A stretch of 64,000 nucleotides of DNA from Squalus acanthias (Eukaryota): the NCBI GenBank assembly GCA_030390025.1, contig CM059431.1:122948001-123012000 (forward strand), in the 5' to 3' direction. A program made the translations under genes and the position numbers. Shown piece by piece: positions 27,398 through 38,644 of this stretch (within the stretch, counting starts at the first letter, position 1; each line of letters starts with the position of its first letter). Under the pieces are notes generated by a model. It was given only the letters and a program-made list of their open reading frames with translations. It was not told the origin of the DNA and did not search any database.

Positions 27398-27498
27398 TAA
27401 AAACAGAAAATGCTGGAAATACTCAGCAGGTCAGGCAGCATCTGTGGAGAGAGAAACAGAGTTAACGTTTCAGGTCGATGACCCTTCGTCAGAACCCT
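27398..27498 (-). mobile_element. Penelope-like element terminal (pseudo-LTR) fragment
   Basis: Minus strand reads CTGACGAAGGGTCATCGACCTGAAACGTTAACTCTG...CAGATGCTGCCTGACCTGCTGAGTATTTCCAGCATTTTCTGTTTT. Confidence 0.7.
27458..27498 (-). ncRNA. Minimal type-I hammerhead ribozyme motif
   Basis: AGGGUU-CUGACGA-AGGGUCAUCGACCU-GAAAC-GUU-AACUCU. Core intact, stem II present, 6-bp stem I with one GU pair, palindromic ACGU stem III. Confidence 0.65.
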
Positions 27499-27974
27499 TC
27501 CTCACAATCTTACACAGCCACGAATAAGGTCCCAGTCACACAGCTCTTGATAACATGTCAAAATGACGATTTCTGCTGTATTTATACAAATAGTAATTTG
27601 TGGATTTTTTTCCCAGCCATTTTCAGAGTAGTTTCCGGAAAACTCATCTATTCGTGTTCAGATGGTGGCCTTGTGGGAAATCCTTTCCTTAATCAGTTCT
27701 GCATTCTTTATATGACATGTTCTGTTCAAAGTTTGAGAGCCGAATAAATCGTTATTTATTGAACATATTCTGTAATTTATTTTAAATGTTGTACGCATCC
27801 ATCACAGCATTATTTTGACATTAATCTGTTTATATTCTGTATTTTTACCTTTCTTGCTTTGCCCCGATTTGTGATTTAAAAACAAAGCACAATTTTATGA
27901 AATTAATTTACTTTCACTGCATCTTACAATCTATTGTACTTTTATTGTGCAGAACACATGATAATTACCAAAAG

Positions 27975-28290
27975 CAAACAACAGCATAGCACCTGTAACT
28001 TAAGAAATGTCCTTAGGCACTTCACAAATAGCTGTAAGGAACACAGACACCGAGTTTGAAGGTAGAGATTCGGAGGCATGAAAAAACTTGGTGAGGAGAT
28101 GGATCTTGAGGAGGTTTTAGAAGATGGAGAGAGAGGTGGGGAGGTTTAGGTAAGGAACTCCAAAGAGTACGACCAAGGCAGCTCAATGTTTCGCTACTAA
28201 TGGTGGGGCAAAAGGAGAGAAATGCACAGAAGGTCGGAGTCAAAGGAATGGTTCTTTCGCATGGGGGTATAATGTGAGAGGAGATTTCGG
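27975..28290 (-). mobile_element. Old L2 3' tail fragment
   Basis: Decayed match to the L2 tail (TLWSSLPKPPHLS vs KLWNSLPKPLHLS). Confidence 0.55.
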
Positions 28291-28293
28291 AGC

Positions 28294-29190
28294 TTTTTTT
28301 TTATTACTTCCTGGGATGTGGGCGTCGCTGACAAGGCCAGCATTTATTGCCCATCCCTAATTGCCCTTGAGAAGGTGGTGGTGAGCGACTTTCATGAACT
28401 GTTGCAGTCCGTGTGGTGAAGGTACTTCCACAGTGCTGTTAGGGAGGGAGTTCCAGGATTTTGACCCAGCGACGATGAAGGAATGTCAATATATTTCCAA
28501 TGTGTAACTTGGAGGGGAACTTGCAGGTGATGGTGTTCCCATGTGCCTGCTGCCCTTGTCCTTCTAGGTAGTAGAGGTCGTGGATTTGGGAAGTGCTGTC
28601 GAAGAAGCCTTGGCGAGTTGCTGCAATGCATCTTGTAGATGGTACACACTGCAGCCACGGTGCGTCGGTGGTGGAGAGAGTGAATGTGTAAGGTGGTGGA
28701 TGGGGTGCCGATCAAGCGGGCTGCTTTGTCCTGGATGGTGTCGAGCTTCTTGAGTTTCCTTGCCCATGTTTGACCTGAAGCCGTGAGACTTCATGGGGTC
28801 AGGAGTCAATGTTGAGGACTCCCAGGGCCACTCTCTCTCGACTGTATACCACTGTGCCGCCACCTCTGGTGGTTCTGTCCTGATGGTGGGACAGGATATA
28901 CCCAGGGATGATGTTGGAGGAGTCTGGGACATTGGTTGAAATGTATGATTCTGTGAGTACGACTATGTCAGGCTGATGCTTGACTAGTCTGTGTGACAGC
29001 TCTCCCAATTTTGACACAAATCCCCAGATTTTAGTGAGGATGACTTTGCAGGGTCGACTTGGTGTGCCGTTGTCGTGTCCGAAGTCACTGCCGAGGTTGA
29101 TGCCGGGCGGTCCATCTGGTTTTATACTTAGTATTGTTTTCTGTAGCAATTTGTTACAACTGAATGGCTTGCTAGACCATTTCAGAGGTG
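28294..29190 (-). mobile_element. Internally deleted APE-type LINE (endonuclease N-terminus fused to ORF 3' end and A-tail)
   Basis: KIWGFVSKLGELSHRLVKHQPDIVVLTESY...IPGY...RGGGTVVY is joined near 28755 to HHRRTVAAVCTIYKMHC, the 3' UTR and an A-rich tail. No RT lies between. Confidence 0.8.
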
Positions 29191-29941
29191 GCGTGGGGCA
29201 AGGCATGTGTAGAAAAGGGCAAGGATTTGAATATGATGTGTTGAAGGACTACCAGCCAGTGGTAGTCAGCTGTTGGAAGTTGAGTGCTTCCTGTGTGCAC
29301 TTGGGTCACCCTTTCATATTCCTCCTCCTGCTGTGCTGCAAGGTACTCAGCAATTGCTGCCAGCCACATACAGCTGGGCAGAATAACCCTCTGTATATTC
29401 ACTTCTGGTGATGCTTCAAAATCTTCCCCTTTGTTAAACTCAACTTTAGGCCTGACTGGGAGTAAAATAGCCAGTTTTTTGATTATTCTTGGCAGGTGCA
29501 TAATTCTGCCCAAGCTTCAAATGATTTGCCTTTAACAAAGCCTTAGCAAGTACAAGTTCACTTATTACTTTGTTAACTTTTCACTAATGCTTGTTATTTC
29601 ATTTTTTGATGGTAGGGGTATTCAGAGCAGCAGTCAACACTGATTAATCATTTCGCTCATACAATGCACGTCAATTTTATCTTGCTTTTGGCATGAATAA
29701 ACAGAAATGGCAAAATATGAAGTCCTCTTAAAGAGGTGTGACAGTGACATGAGGTAAATTTTCTTCTCAGAGCTCCAAAAATGGCAAATCAGAGGGGATG
29801 AGCGTCGATTTCCTGAGATGTGCTCCTGGCCTGTGAAGCTGTCCTCTGTGGGAGGAGAGCTAAAGGTAAAACCTTACTCCCAGGATTTCTTATGTGATCC
29901 TGGAGCACAAAACCACAGCAAACTTTGAACTAAAATATAAT

Positions 29942-30195
29942 GGGGCAAATTTTCCTGTTCCTGTGCCTGTGCCAGATGTTGGCATGTATTAAAACATCAA
30001 TATTGGATTTCTAGGCACAGTGTAAAGAGATTTGAGTGCCTGCAAAGGAGTCTACCCAATTTTCCGAGTATTTAAATGAATGCATGTAATATCGAACAGA
30101 TTCCCTTGTAGGTGTTTTCCTTTCCCGATATTTGTCTACGGGCTGTGCCCAAGCGATCCAATATGCCCAGATGTGGGAACAGGAAAATCTGCCCC
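29942..30195. mobile_element. 254-bp MITE (Harbinger-type)
   Basis: TIR GGGGCAAATTTTCCTGTTCC vs reverse complement GGGGCAGATTTTCCTGTTCC (19/20). Flanks AAT / ATT. Confidence 0.8.
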
Positions 30196-30509
30196 ATTGT
30201 TTCTGATCTGATTCTTACTGTTAGATATGCTGAGTTGACACTAGAACCAGTAAGCTATATTGATGGGCCCCAGCAATGGTCACTTTTATATACCACAAAG
30301 GCTGATTATAGCAATTGTGACACTATATAGTAATAAAGTAATAGGTTCAGAGTTTTTTTCTTGAATGAAAGTGCATGCTTCAAAAAAAACTTCTTAATTA
30401 TGTGATGAGTTGGAATTTTTCTCAGAGTAAATTGTAGTTCACTGCAACTGGCCAGGCTTTCTGTATGTATTAATACCTCACAGGATTGTTGGCTGTTTAT
30501 GTATGATAG

Positions 30510-31360
30510 AACACAGAGGGTCGTGGAACAGGAATTGTCATCAGCATTGGAGAATTTTACCAGTGGGGTCCCACAGGCGTCTCTATCATGGGACCTATTT
30601 TCATTAATAGTGAGGTAATCCTGCCACGTTATAAATCATTGGTGTGACTGCACAGAATTCTGTGTACAGTTCTGATCATCACAGTACAAAAAAGATATTT
30701 CAGCTACTGAAAGGATACAGAAGAGAGCAAACAGAATGATTGAGGGGATGGAGGGATTGGATCATGAGGAGCAATTATGAAAATTGTGCTGTTCTCACTG
30801 GAAAACAGGACATTGAGGGGTGATATGATTGCTGATTTTAGGGATTCTAAAGCACGAGATAATGTAAGATCATGACAAGCTGTTCCACCTTGTCCAGAGC
30901 AGTAGAACCAGAGAACACACTCTGCCCTTAAAGGGAAGTAAATTCAAAACCAATCTGCAAAAACAATATTTCAGTGAGCGAGTGTTCACTCTATGAAACA
31001 GGCTCCCTAGTGGGATGATGAAAGCAGATAGTATTGATTCATCCAAATCAAATTAGATAGATTTATTTCAGAGATTAATATTTCTGTGATACAGTATATG
31101 AGTAATTTGAGACATGACATATGGTGAGTGTAGCATGCTTGGGAGGAACAGGTGACTTTTGACCTATCGATCCCAAAGCTCTCCACCACTGGGGATTTCC
31201 TCGCCTCCTGTCTGGGTCTGTTGTAGACTAATTGATAGAGATTGATTGCTATGATTAGTCAACAACGCTATCATCATTGTATCATGGAACTACCAAGATG
31301 CTAGGAGGCGAACTAGACAGACCTTAGACTTTTATCGTCCAGCAATTCCTATGTTCTTAT
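30510..31360 (+). mobile_element. Old CR1 3' fragment
   Basis: Decayed ACCAGTGGGGTCCCACAGG and TGTGTACAGTTCTG..CACAGTACAAAAAAGATATT motifs, tail TTCCTATGTTCTTATG. Confidence 0.75.
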
Positions 31361-31489
31361 GTATGCTAATAATGCATAGGAATGTCTGTAATTGGGCTCA
31401 TTAAGGAAAAATACCACTAGTAACGGGAAACGGAATGAAGTTATAGGTTCAAACAGAATAACCTTCAACTTTGAAATTAAGACATCCAC

Positions 31490-31895
31490 CTGATTTTCTA
31501 TTAGATTTCTCCCCTCATCTCCTGAAAGCAATGATTGACATTTGTCTGCAGTTCCTTGGTGCACCAACAGCCTTCTGATATCTTGCCTAATTGTTTTGTT
31601 TTTTGTGTGTGAATTTGGACAGTGAGTGTAGGTAGGCTATTTAGCCCTAGGGCTCACCACAAGTGAGTCCAGTCCTCTTCCCATGTGAACCTTCACATTT
31701 CCACCAGGAAGTCATTAGATAATGATCAGGAGACAGAGATTGGTTGTTCCTCACTCCCCTAGTCTGGGGATGTTGAAACAAATCATAGCTCCACAAATGC
31801 CACTATGGTTAGGATCGGTTAACTCACCACCGATTGAACTTGGGATCTTCACGATCCATATGGCCCACCACCATAGCAGGTGACTCATTTGCCTG
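31490..31895 (-). mobile_element. Old tRNA-headed SINE-like repeat
   Basis: B-box-like GATCCCAAGTTCAATC on the minus strand near 31832-31847. Body similar to 6600-6925. Confidence 0.4.
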
Positions 31896-31985
31896 CTTAT
31901 TTCAGAAATTAATATTTGTGTGATACAGTTTATGAGTAATCTGAGACATGACATATAGTAAGTGTAACATGCTTTTGATTCATTT

Positions 31986-34550
31986 CAGAAGGTTGTGGGT
32001 TCAAGTCCCACTCCAGAGACTTGAGCACAAAAATCTAGCCTGACACTCCAGTGCAGTACTGAGGCAGAGGTGCCGTCTTTCAGATGAGACATTAAACCAA
32101 GGCCCCGTCTGCTCTCTCAGCTGGAAGTAAAAGATCCCATGGCACTATTTCGAAGAAGAGCCAGGGAGTTATCCCTGGTGTCCAGGCCAATATTTAACCC
32201 TCAATCAACATCACTAAAACAGATTATCTGGTCATTATCATATTGCTGTTTAATGGGAGTTTGCTGTGTGCAAATTGGCTGCCATGTTTCCTACTTCTTC
32301 TTCTTCTTCTTCTTAGGCAGTCCCTCAGAACCGAGGATAACTTGCTTCCACATTAAAAATGAGTTTTCAGGTGACTGATGAGTCCAATGCGGGAACTACA
32401 GTCTCTGTCACAGGTGGGGCAGACGGTGGTTGAAGGGGCAGGTGGGTGGGGTGCTTGGGTTGACGTGCGCTCCTTGCGTTGCTTGCGCGTGGCTTCCGCT
32501 TGCTCCCGGCGAAGAGACTCGAGGTGTTCGGCGCCTTCCCGTATGCTTCTCCTCCACTTTGTGCGGTCTTGGGCCAGGGATTCCCAAGTGTCAGTGGGGA
32601 TGTTGCACTTTTTCAAGGAGGCTTTGAGGGTGTCCTTGAAGCGTTTCCTCTGCCCACCTGAGGCTCTCTTGCCGTGTCGGAGCTCCGAATAGAGCGCATG
32701 TTTTGGGAGTCTCGTATCGGGCATGCGGACGATGTGACCCGTCCATCGGAGCTGATCGAGCGTGGTCAAAGCTTCGATGCTGGGGATGTTGGCCTGAGTG
32801 AGAACACTGACGTTGGTGCCAATGGATTTGCAGGATCTTCCAGAGGCAGCATTGGTGGTACCTCTCCAGTGCATTGAGGTACCTGCTGTACATGATCCAT
32901 GTCTCTGAGGCATACAGCAGGGCGGGTATCACTGCTGCTCTGTAGACCATGAGCTTAGTGCCGGGTTTGAGGTCCTGGTCTTCAAACACTCTCTTCCTCA
33001 AGCGACTGAAGGCTGCACTGGCACACTGAAGGTGGTGTTGGACTTCGTCATCGACGTCTGCCCTTGTTGACAGTAGGCTCCCGAGGTATGGAAGGTGGTC
33101 CACGTTGTGCAAGGCCTTGTTGTGGATTTTGATAATCAGGGGGCGATACTGTGTGGCGGGGGCAGGTTGGTAGAGGACCTTTGTCTTACGGATGTTTAGT
33201 GTAAGGCCCATGCTCTCGTACGCTTCGGTGAAGGTATTGACAATGGTTTGGAGTTCGACCTCCGCGTGAGCGCAGACGCAAGCGTCGTCTGCATACTGTA
33301 ATTTGATGACAGAGGATGGGACGACCTTGGATCTGGGCTGGAGGTGACGGAGGTTGAACAGCTTTCCCGTTTGTTCTGTAAATTAGCTCCACTCCAGCGG
33401 GGAGCTTATTGAGGGTGAGATGGGGCATTGCAGCAAAGAAGATCGAGAAGAGCGTTGGTGCAATGACACAGCCTTGCTTGACCCTGGTCCATACGTGAAT
33501 TGGGTCTGTGGTGGAACCGTTGGTCAGGGTCACGGCTTGCATGTCATCACGAAGCAGGCAGAGGATGGTGACAAACTTTTGAGGGCAGCCGAATTTGAGG
33601 AGAACACTCCATAATCCCTCACGGTTGACAGTGTCGGAGGCCTTTGTGAGATCAAAGAAGGCCATGTACAGTGGTTGGTGCTGTTCCTGCGTTTCTTTTC
33701 TAATTGATGCGTGGTGAAGATCATGTCCATTGTGCACCTTAGTGGGCGGAATCCGCATTGCAACTCTGGGAGGAGCTCTTCGGCCACTGGGAGAAGGCGA
33801 TTGAGGAGGATTCTTGCGATGACTTTCCCTGTGGCAGACAGCAGGGAAACTCTTCTGTAATTATCGCAATCGGACTTGTCACCTTTCTTGAAGATGTTCA
33901 CAATTACGGCATCTCTGAGATCCCCTGGCATGCTCGCCTCCTTCCAGATAAGAGAAATGAGTTCATGAATTCGCGCCAGTAGTGCTTCTCCGCCATGCTT
34001 TACTGCCTCAGCAGGGATTCCATCTGCTCCTGAGGCCTTGTTGTTCTTCAGTTGTTGGATGGCCTTTTCAACCTCATGCCGGGCTGGGGTTGTGCTGAGA
34101 TGGTGGCGGGTAGCATGCTGCGGGATGGAGTTGAGGACACTCGCATAGAAAACAGAGTCTCGGTTAAGGAGATCTTCGAAGTGCTCCTTCCAGCGGGCAC
34201 TGACTGCCTCTCTGTCCTTGATGAGTACCTCTCCGTTTTTGGCCCGCAGTGGGGTAGGACCTTCGGTGCTTGGGCCGCAGATGGTCTTGACTGCGCTAAA
34301 GAATCCACGCACATCGTGGTTATCAGCAAGCTGCTGGATCTCCTGCGCTTTCTCCACCCACCATCTGTTCATTAGGTCATTATCTGGTCATTATCATATT
34401 GTTGTTTAGTGGGAGCTTGCTGTGTGCAAATTGGCTGCCGCGTTTCCTACATTACAACAGTGACTACACTTCAAAAGTACTTCATTGCTGTAAAGTGCTT
34501 TCGGACCTTCTGAGGTCATGAAAGGCACTTTATTAATGCAAGTCTTTCTT
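31986..34550 (+). mobile_element. Deu-domain tRNA SINE (SacSINE1-like) with L2-type tail, split by an RTE insertion
   Basis: GGTTCAAGTCCC B-box, central GTAAAAGATCCCATGGCACTATTTCGAAGAAGAG. 5' part 31986-32294, 3' part 34379-34550. Confidence 0.75.
32295..34378 (-). mobile_element. RTE-clade LINE, 5'-truncated, 72-bp TSD
   Basis: ORFs 33530-34372, 33186-33758, 32591-33211, 32353-32913 encode RT and zinc knuckle. (AAG)n tail at 32295-32313. Flanking direct repeat 32223-32294 / 34379-34450. Confidence 0.95.
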
Positions 34551-34727
34551 TTTTCTTTTTCTTTTTGCTGATCCATTTCAAAACTCATTGACATTGCGCG
34601 TTTAACTTAGAATAAAACCATTTTAGAAAAAGTGCGCTGATTTGTTTTCTTTTCTGTCAGCCCTTGAAAGTCTGCCACACACAAGATGTATCAAAAGAAT
34701 ATGTACTTGCTGGATGTGAGAAACAAT

Positions 34728-34928
34728 GGCCTTAATATTAACTACCCCCCACCCCACCTGCCCCCACCGCACCGCCCCCCCCCATGATGGATGACAGAAA
34801 TTCAGACGGGGTTAAAAATCTAAAACAGGGAACGCATCTCCAACCTGCAGAGTCCCCGAAATGCCAGGTCTTCCCTGCGCTACCGTACTCCCCCGCACCT
34901 TCCCCACCTCCCCATAAATATCAGGGCC
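34728..34928. mobile_element. 201-bp MITE with AAT TSD
   Basis: GGCCTTAATATT / AATATCAGGGCC termini (10/12), AAT on both sides. Confidence 0.65.
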
Positions 34929-35902
34929 AATAACACTGTATTCCTGTGCTCTGCAATGCGCAGTGAAGTGCAATCTCATTAGGCAGTAGTCAGTTACCAA
35001 AGCCTGCAGTTACACCTGGCAGACAGCTGCGGGCTCTGATAAGAATCAAATGGAACATGTTGGCCGTAGGACTGAAATGTGCTGGTTATCAAGAGAACTA
35101 ACTGCAGCATATAAAGTAGAGCCGCAGCACAGCTTTCCCCAACCCTCCAGAGGAGCACAAGTCAAAACCATACATTCAGGAATACTCTGAATGGGCATTT
35201 TTAAATCTGAACAATTCCATAAAAGCTATGCTTGATGCCAATACTTGCTTCTAATTTACAGCTCCATCATATAAATGCTTTCATCCCTGACTATGTAATC
35301 AATCAATAATGACAGTTTGTTTGAAGATGAATTTTACATGTGATATCCACAAAGTGACATGACGGAGCCTCAAATGAGCGTCCTGCAAATGCAAAATCTT
35401 TGACAGAAATATCTTTCAAATTGATGTGCTTTTTTCTGCTGACCTACTGTATATGTAGGAAGCCATTACAAAATACAGCATACAAGGAACCATTGTCCGA
35501 ACAAATTTACCTGCATTCAATTTTCCAAATAGAATTTTGTCATTCCATAGGCTTCTGATGGCAGCAGCAATGCTAACACAAGGCTGTCAGTTTTCTCCAG
35601 GGACCATGAATAAAATGCATTATTTTTAGCCATACTCTTGCCATGGATGCTCATTAATAATCATCACAAGTGTGTTTGTATGCACAAATTTTATGTAAAA
35701 CAGTTCTTATTACCCGAATAGCAATTAAACAAATGGCAAAAATAACTCCATATTTTGTATAGAAGTCAGCATTAATGCTAAGGGCTGAATAAACTTTGTG
35801 GAATTTGCATTTTATTTATTTCAGGACTTTTCATATATGATTACCTATATTTTAGTGTATGCAAATTCCTTGTAGTGTTCATAAATTAGAAAGCAATCTA
35901 CC

Positions 35903-36396
35903 TGTTGTGGGATTTCTCTCTGCCCGAAAGCAGACGGAGACGAGCGTGTACTGGTTCCAAGTGATCTTTATTCAAGCACGTGCAGGGAGAGGCCTTCTCA
36001 GTCTGAGCTGAGACGGGAGTCTAATTTTTACATTCGAGCAGTTGGCTTATGTACAATCTTACATCTTGTTTCCTTCACATCTTTGGGACTTGGCCAATTA
36101 ATTGTCCAAGTCACGTACACTTAATCACATCTCCACAAAACACATCTTGTTTATCTCATTTGCCCTGTTTCCACATCTGCCATTGTTCTACTCTTTAGCT
36201 CTTATCCAATTTTGTACACTTAACCACATCTTCGCAAATCACATTGGCGGCCCATTGTTCAATGTATGGCCTTCTTTCACTCCCCCAATCATCGTGTAAT
36301 ATGCTTTTTCCAACCGACTTTGGTCTGCCAGACTTCTCCTTTATTACATCAGCTAGCTAATCAGTTAAGCCACTAATCTAACTTTTAACCCCTTCA
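35903..36396 (-). repeat. ERV 3' LTR (494 bp)
   Basis: Direct repeat of 41270-41771 with about 15 substitutions and one 8-bp indel by eye. Minus-strand AATAAA at 35967-35972. Confidence 0.95.
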
Positions 36397-36408
36397 GTCC
36401 CCCCTTTT
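36397..36408 (-). promoter_or_regulatory. Polypurine tract
   Basis: AAAAGGGGGGAC immediately before TGAAGGGG, the start of the 3' LTR on the minus strand. Confidence 0.9.
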
Positions 36409-36525
36409 GGCCCTTGGTGATAGCCCAAGATGGCCAACTAACTTCACCTGCCCGTGCTTGTCGCCCCATCACTGCTGGCCAGGCAGGTGGTTGGATTTGC
36501 ATGGGTGTGGCTACTTAAACTACCT

Positions 36526-38644
36526 CTAACATTCCCTGCTTCTCTCCCAATCTATACTGTGTTTTAACAACGGTTTTAGCAATGGTCGGTTACGGCGTCG
36601 TTTACATCGAGTACAATACTCAAACATAAGTATGATGACAATTAGCAACTGCACCACCACCAATACATGAGATGCAATTCTAAGCCAGTGGTGTATGTCC
36701 ACCCTAATACCGCAGTCCCAAAGTGTCTGCCACCATGAGGCATCTTTCAGCTTGGCCTCCACATCCTTCTCCAGTTGTTTGACCTCCTGGTCAATTCGGT
36801 GATACTGCTTCATTATCGCCCCGGCCTCTTTCCTCGGTTCCAGTAGGTGTTCTGGTAGTTTTGGGATGTCCTTCCGGTCCTCAGTTGGACTCACCCGTTC
36901 CTTGCGGGGCGACCGTAGGTAGGTTATGGTTGCATGTCCAATCATTGTTGGGGCCCGGGGGCGGAAGCAGAAACTTGAGCTGGTCACTGGGCACTGGATG
37001 TTACCATACTGGTATTGAGATTCACTGGTGGTCACACAGTATTCTCCTTTTCCCCGGTGTGCTGCTCGCGTTGGCTCATGGCGGGCGCTGGGAATTTCAA
37101 GGGTACAGTTTCGGGTGGTGTTGAAGCCGTACATGGCTCCTGGCCCTGTCCCCACTGGATGTGGGCAGACTACGTTACTCCCCCTTTCTCTGCATCCCTC
37201 TAGTGAGATCCCCATCAAGAAGGAACCTTTCTGGGTTGCATAACTGGGTGTGTGGTGGTATCTGAGCCAATTGCCATCTCTTATGATCCCGACCTTCTCT
37301 ACCTCGTAGAGGGGCTTGGATTCCCATTCCTGCAGACTGGGTACAGCTAATACCATTCCTATCAGCTTCAGGTGAGTGATAACACAATGTTTAGTTGTCG
37401 GGTAGACCCTTATAAGTCCTCGTAGGGTGCACGAAGAGCAATTGCCGCTCTCTGGCGCCCAGTCTTGCAGTGCACTATCCGTAATTCAATCTGGTACATC
37501 TCCATTGTGGAGCTGTACTAGATTATATCGCAACTCCCCCACTAGCCATGCACCATAGGCCACGCACATTTGCTCCCTAGGGGCGTGATTGGTTACGTTA
37601 TGCAGGGTGGCGGTGACATGGTTAACTGTATGGGCATGGTTTTCCAAAACTTGCACAGACTCTAATAGGGTTTTAGTCAAGTCTTCTCCGGTCTGTCCCT
37701 GTTGTCCCTCCAACTTATTTGCCTTTAACATGAGGTCCCTTAGTTTGGATGTTAGATGATTCACCTTGCTATCGATTTCCGTTATATCCAGGGAATTAAC
37801 TGTGGATGTCCCTGCCCTGTAAGCAGTGGCTATGTCATTTACCAGGTTCCTCTGGCAGCGAGATAGGCTCGACCGCACGCTTCCCTCAGAGGTCCTGAGG
37901 GCATCAGTAACTGCTGTGTCGAGGAGCCGATGGTAAAACGACCTTGTACGCTACTCGCACCATTTGGGTAACCCCATCTGGCTAATATTGAGCACAACTG
38001 AAACTATCTCATGGTGTACATTCTCAAAAAAGCGCCGATCAGAATCCTGGATCACGAGCCCTCCTTTGGGACCTGAGCTAGGCTGCGGACACCTCAAGGG
38101 TTCCTCCATAGTCAAGGTGGTGGGCTTCGGGGCTCCTGTTCCTGGAGTGGTCGGTGTGGTTGTGGTGGTGGGAGTATCCCGGGGGTTCAGCTTCCAACAT
38201 CAATCATCAGAGTTGGTGCACTTGGAGGTTGGGCATAGTTCCCACCCTCCTTCTTCCTGCTGGGGTACCCCGGACATCTGAGTGAAATCCCTCCCACATC
38301 TTATTTGCATAGTTCCTCCCTTTACACATGTTAATGTATCATCACTCTTCTTCCCGAAGCATACCGTGCTCATGCTTGTCCATTTAACAGCCACCCCTGT
38401 GTTACCCCTATCCCCTGTATCGCCTGGCTTGTTGTCAAATATGCTTACGCCCGTTAACCCGGAGCTACAATTTAAATACACTGTTTAATCAACCGTGACA
38501 GTTAACGCCCCACGTTCCCGATCGCAGCTGACGTCGCTCGAGTTCTTGTAATACAGGCCTCGTTGCTCCCTTCGGTCGATTGATGTGGCTCCTTTTGTGG
38601 TCGCCGTGGCCAGGCATATCAGTAAGGTCATCCGTATCTGAGTC
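36526..38644 (-). pseudogene. env: ERV envelope glycoprotein pseudogene (~706 codons in one frame, four internal stops)
   Basis: ORFs 38200-38481, 37486-37878 and 36526-37356 share one frame. Signal-like MTLLICLATA, Thr/Pro stretch, RCQR cleavage-like site, heptad region, Cys-rich region, anchor IASHVLVVVQLLIVIILMF and basic tail. Confidence 0.88.

Noticed and set aside
29172..29513. 113-aa minus-strand ORF
   Set aside because: No recognisable domain or splice signals. Could be chance or an unidentifiable fossil.
31986..32030. tRNA gene
   Set aside because: Only a B-box-like SINE head, no cloverleaf.
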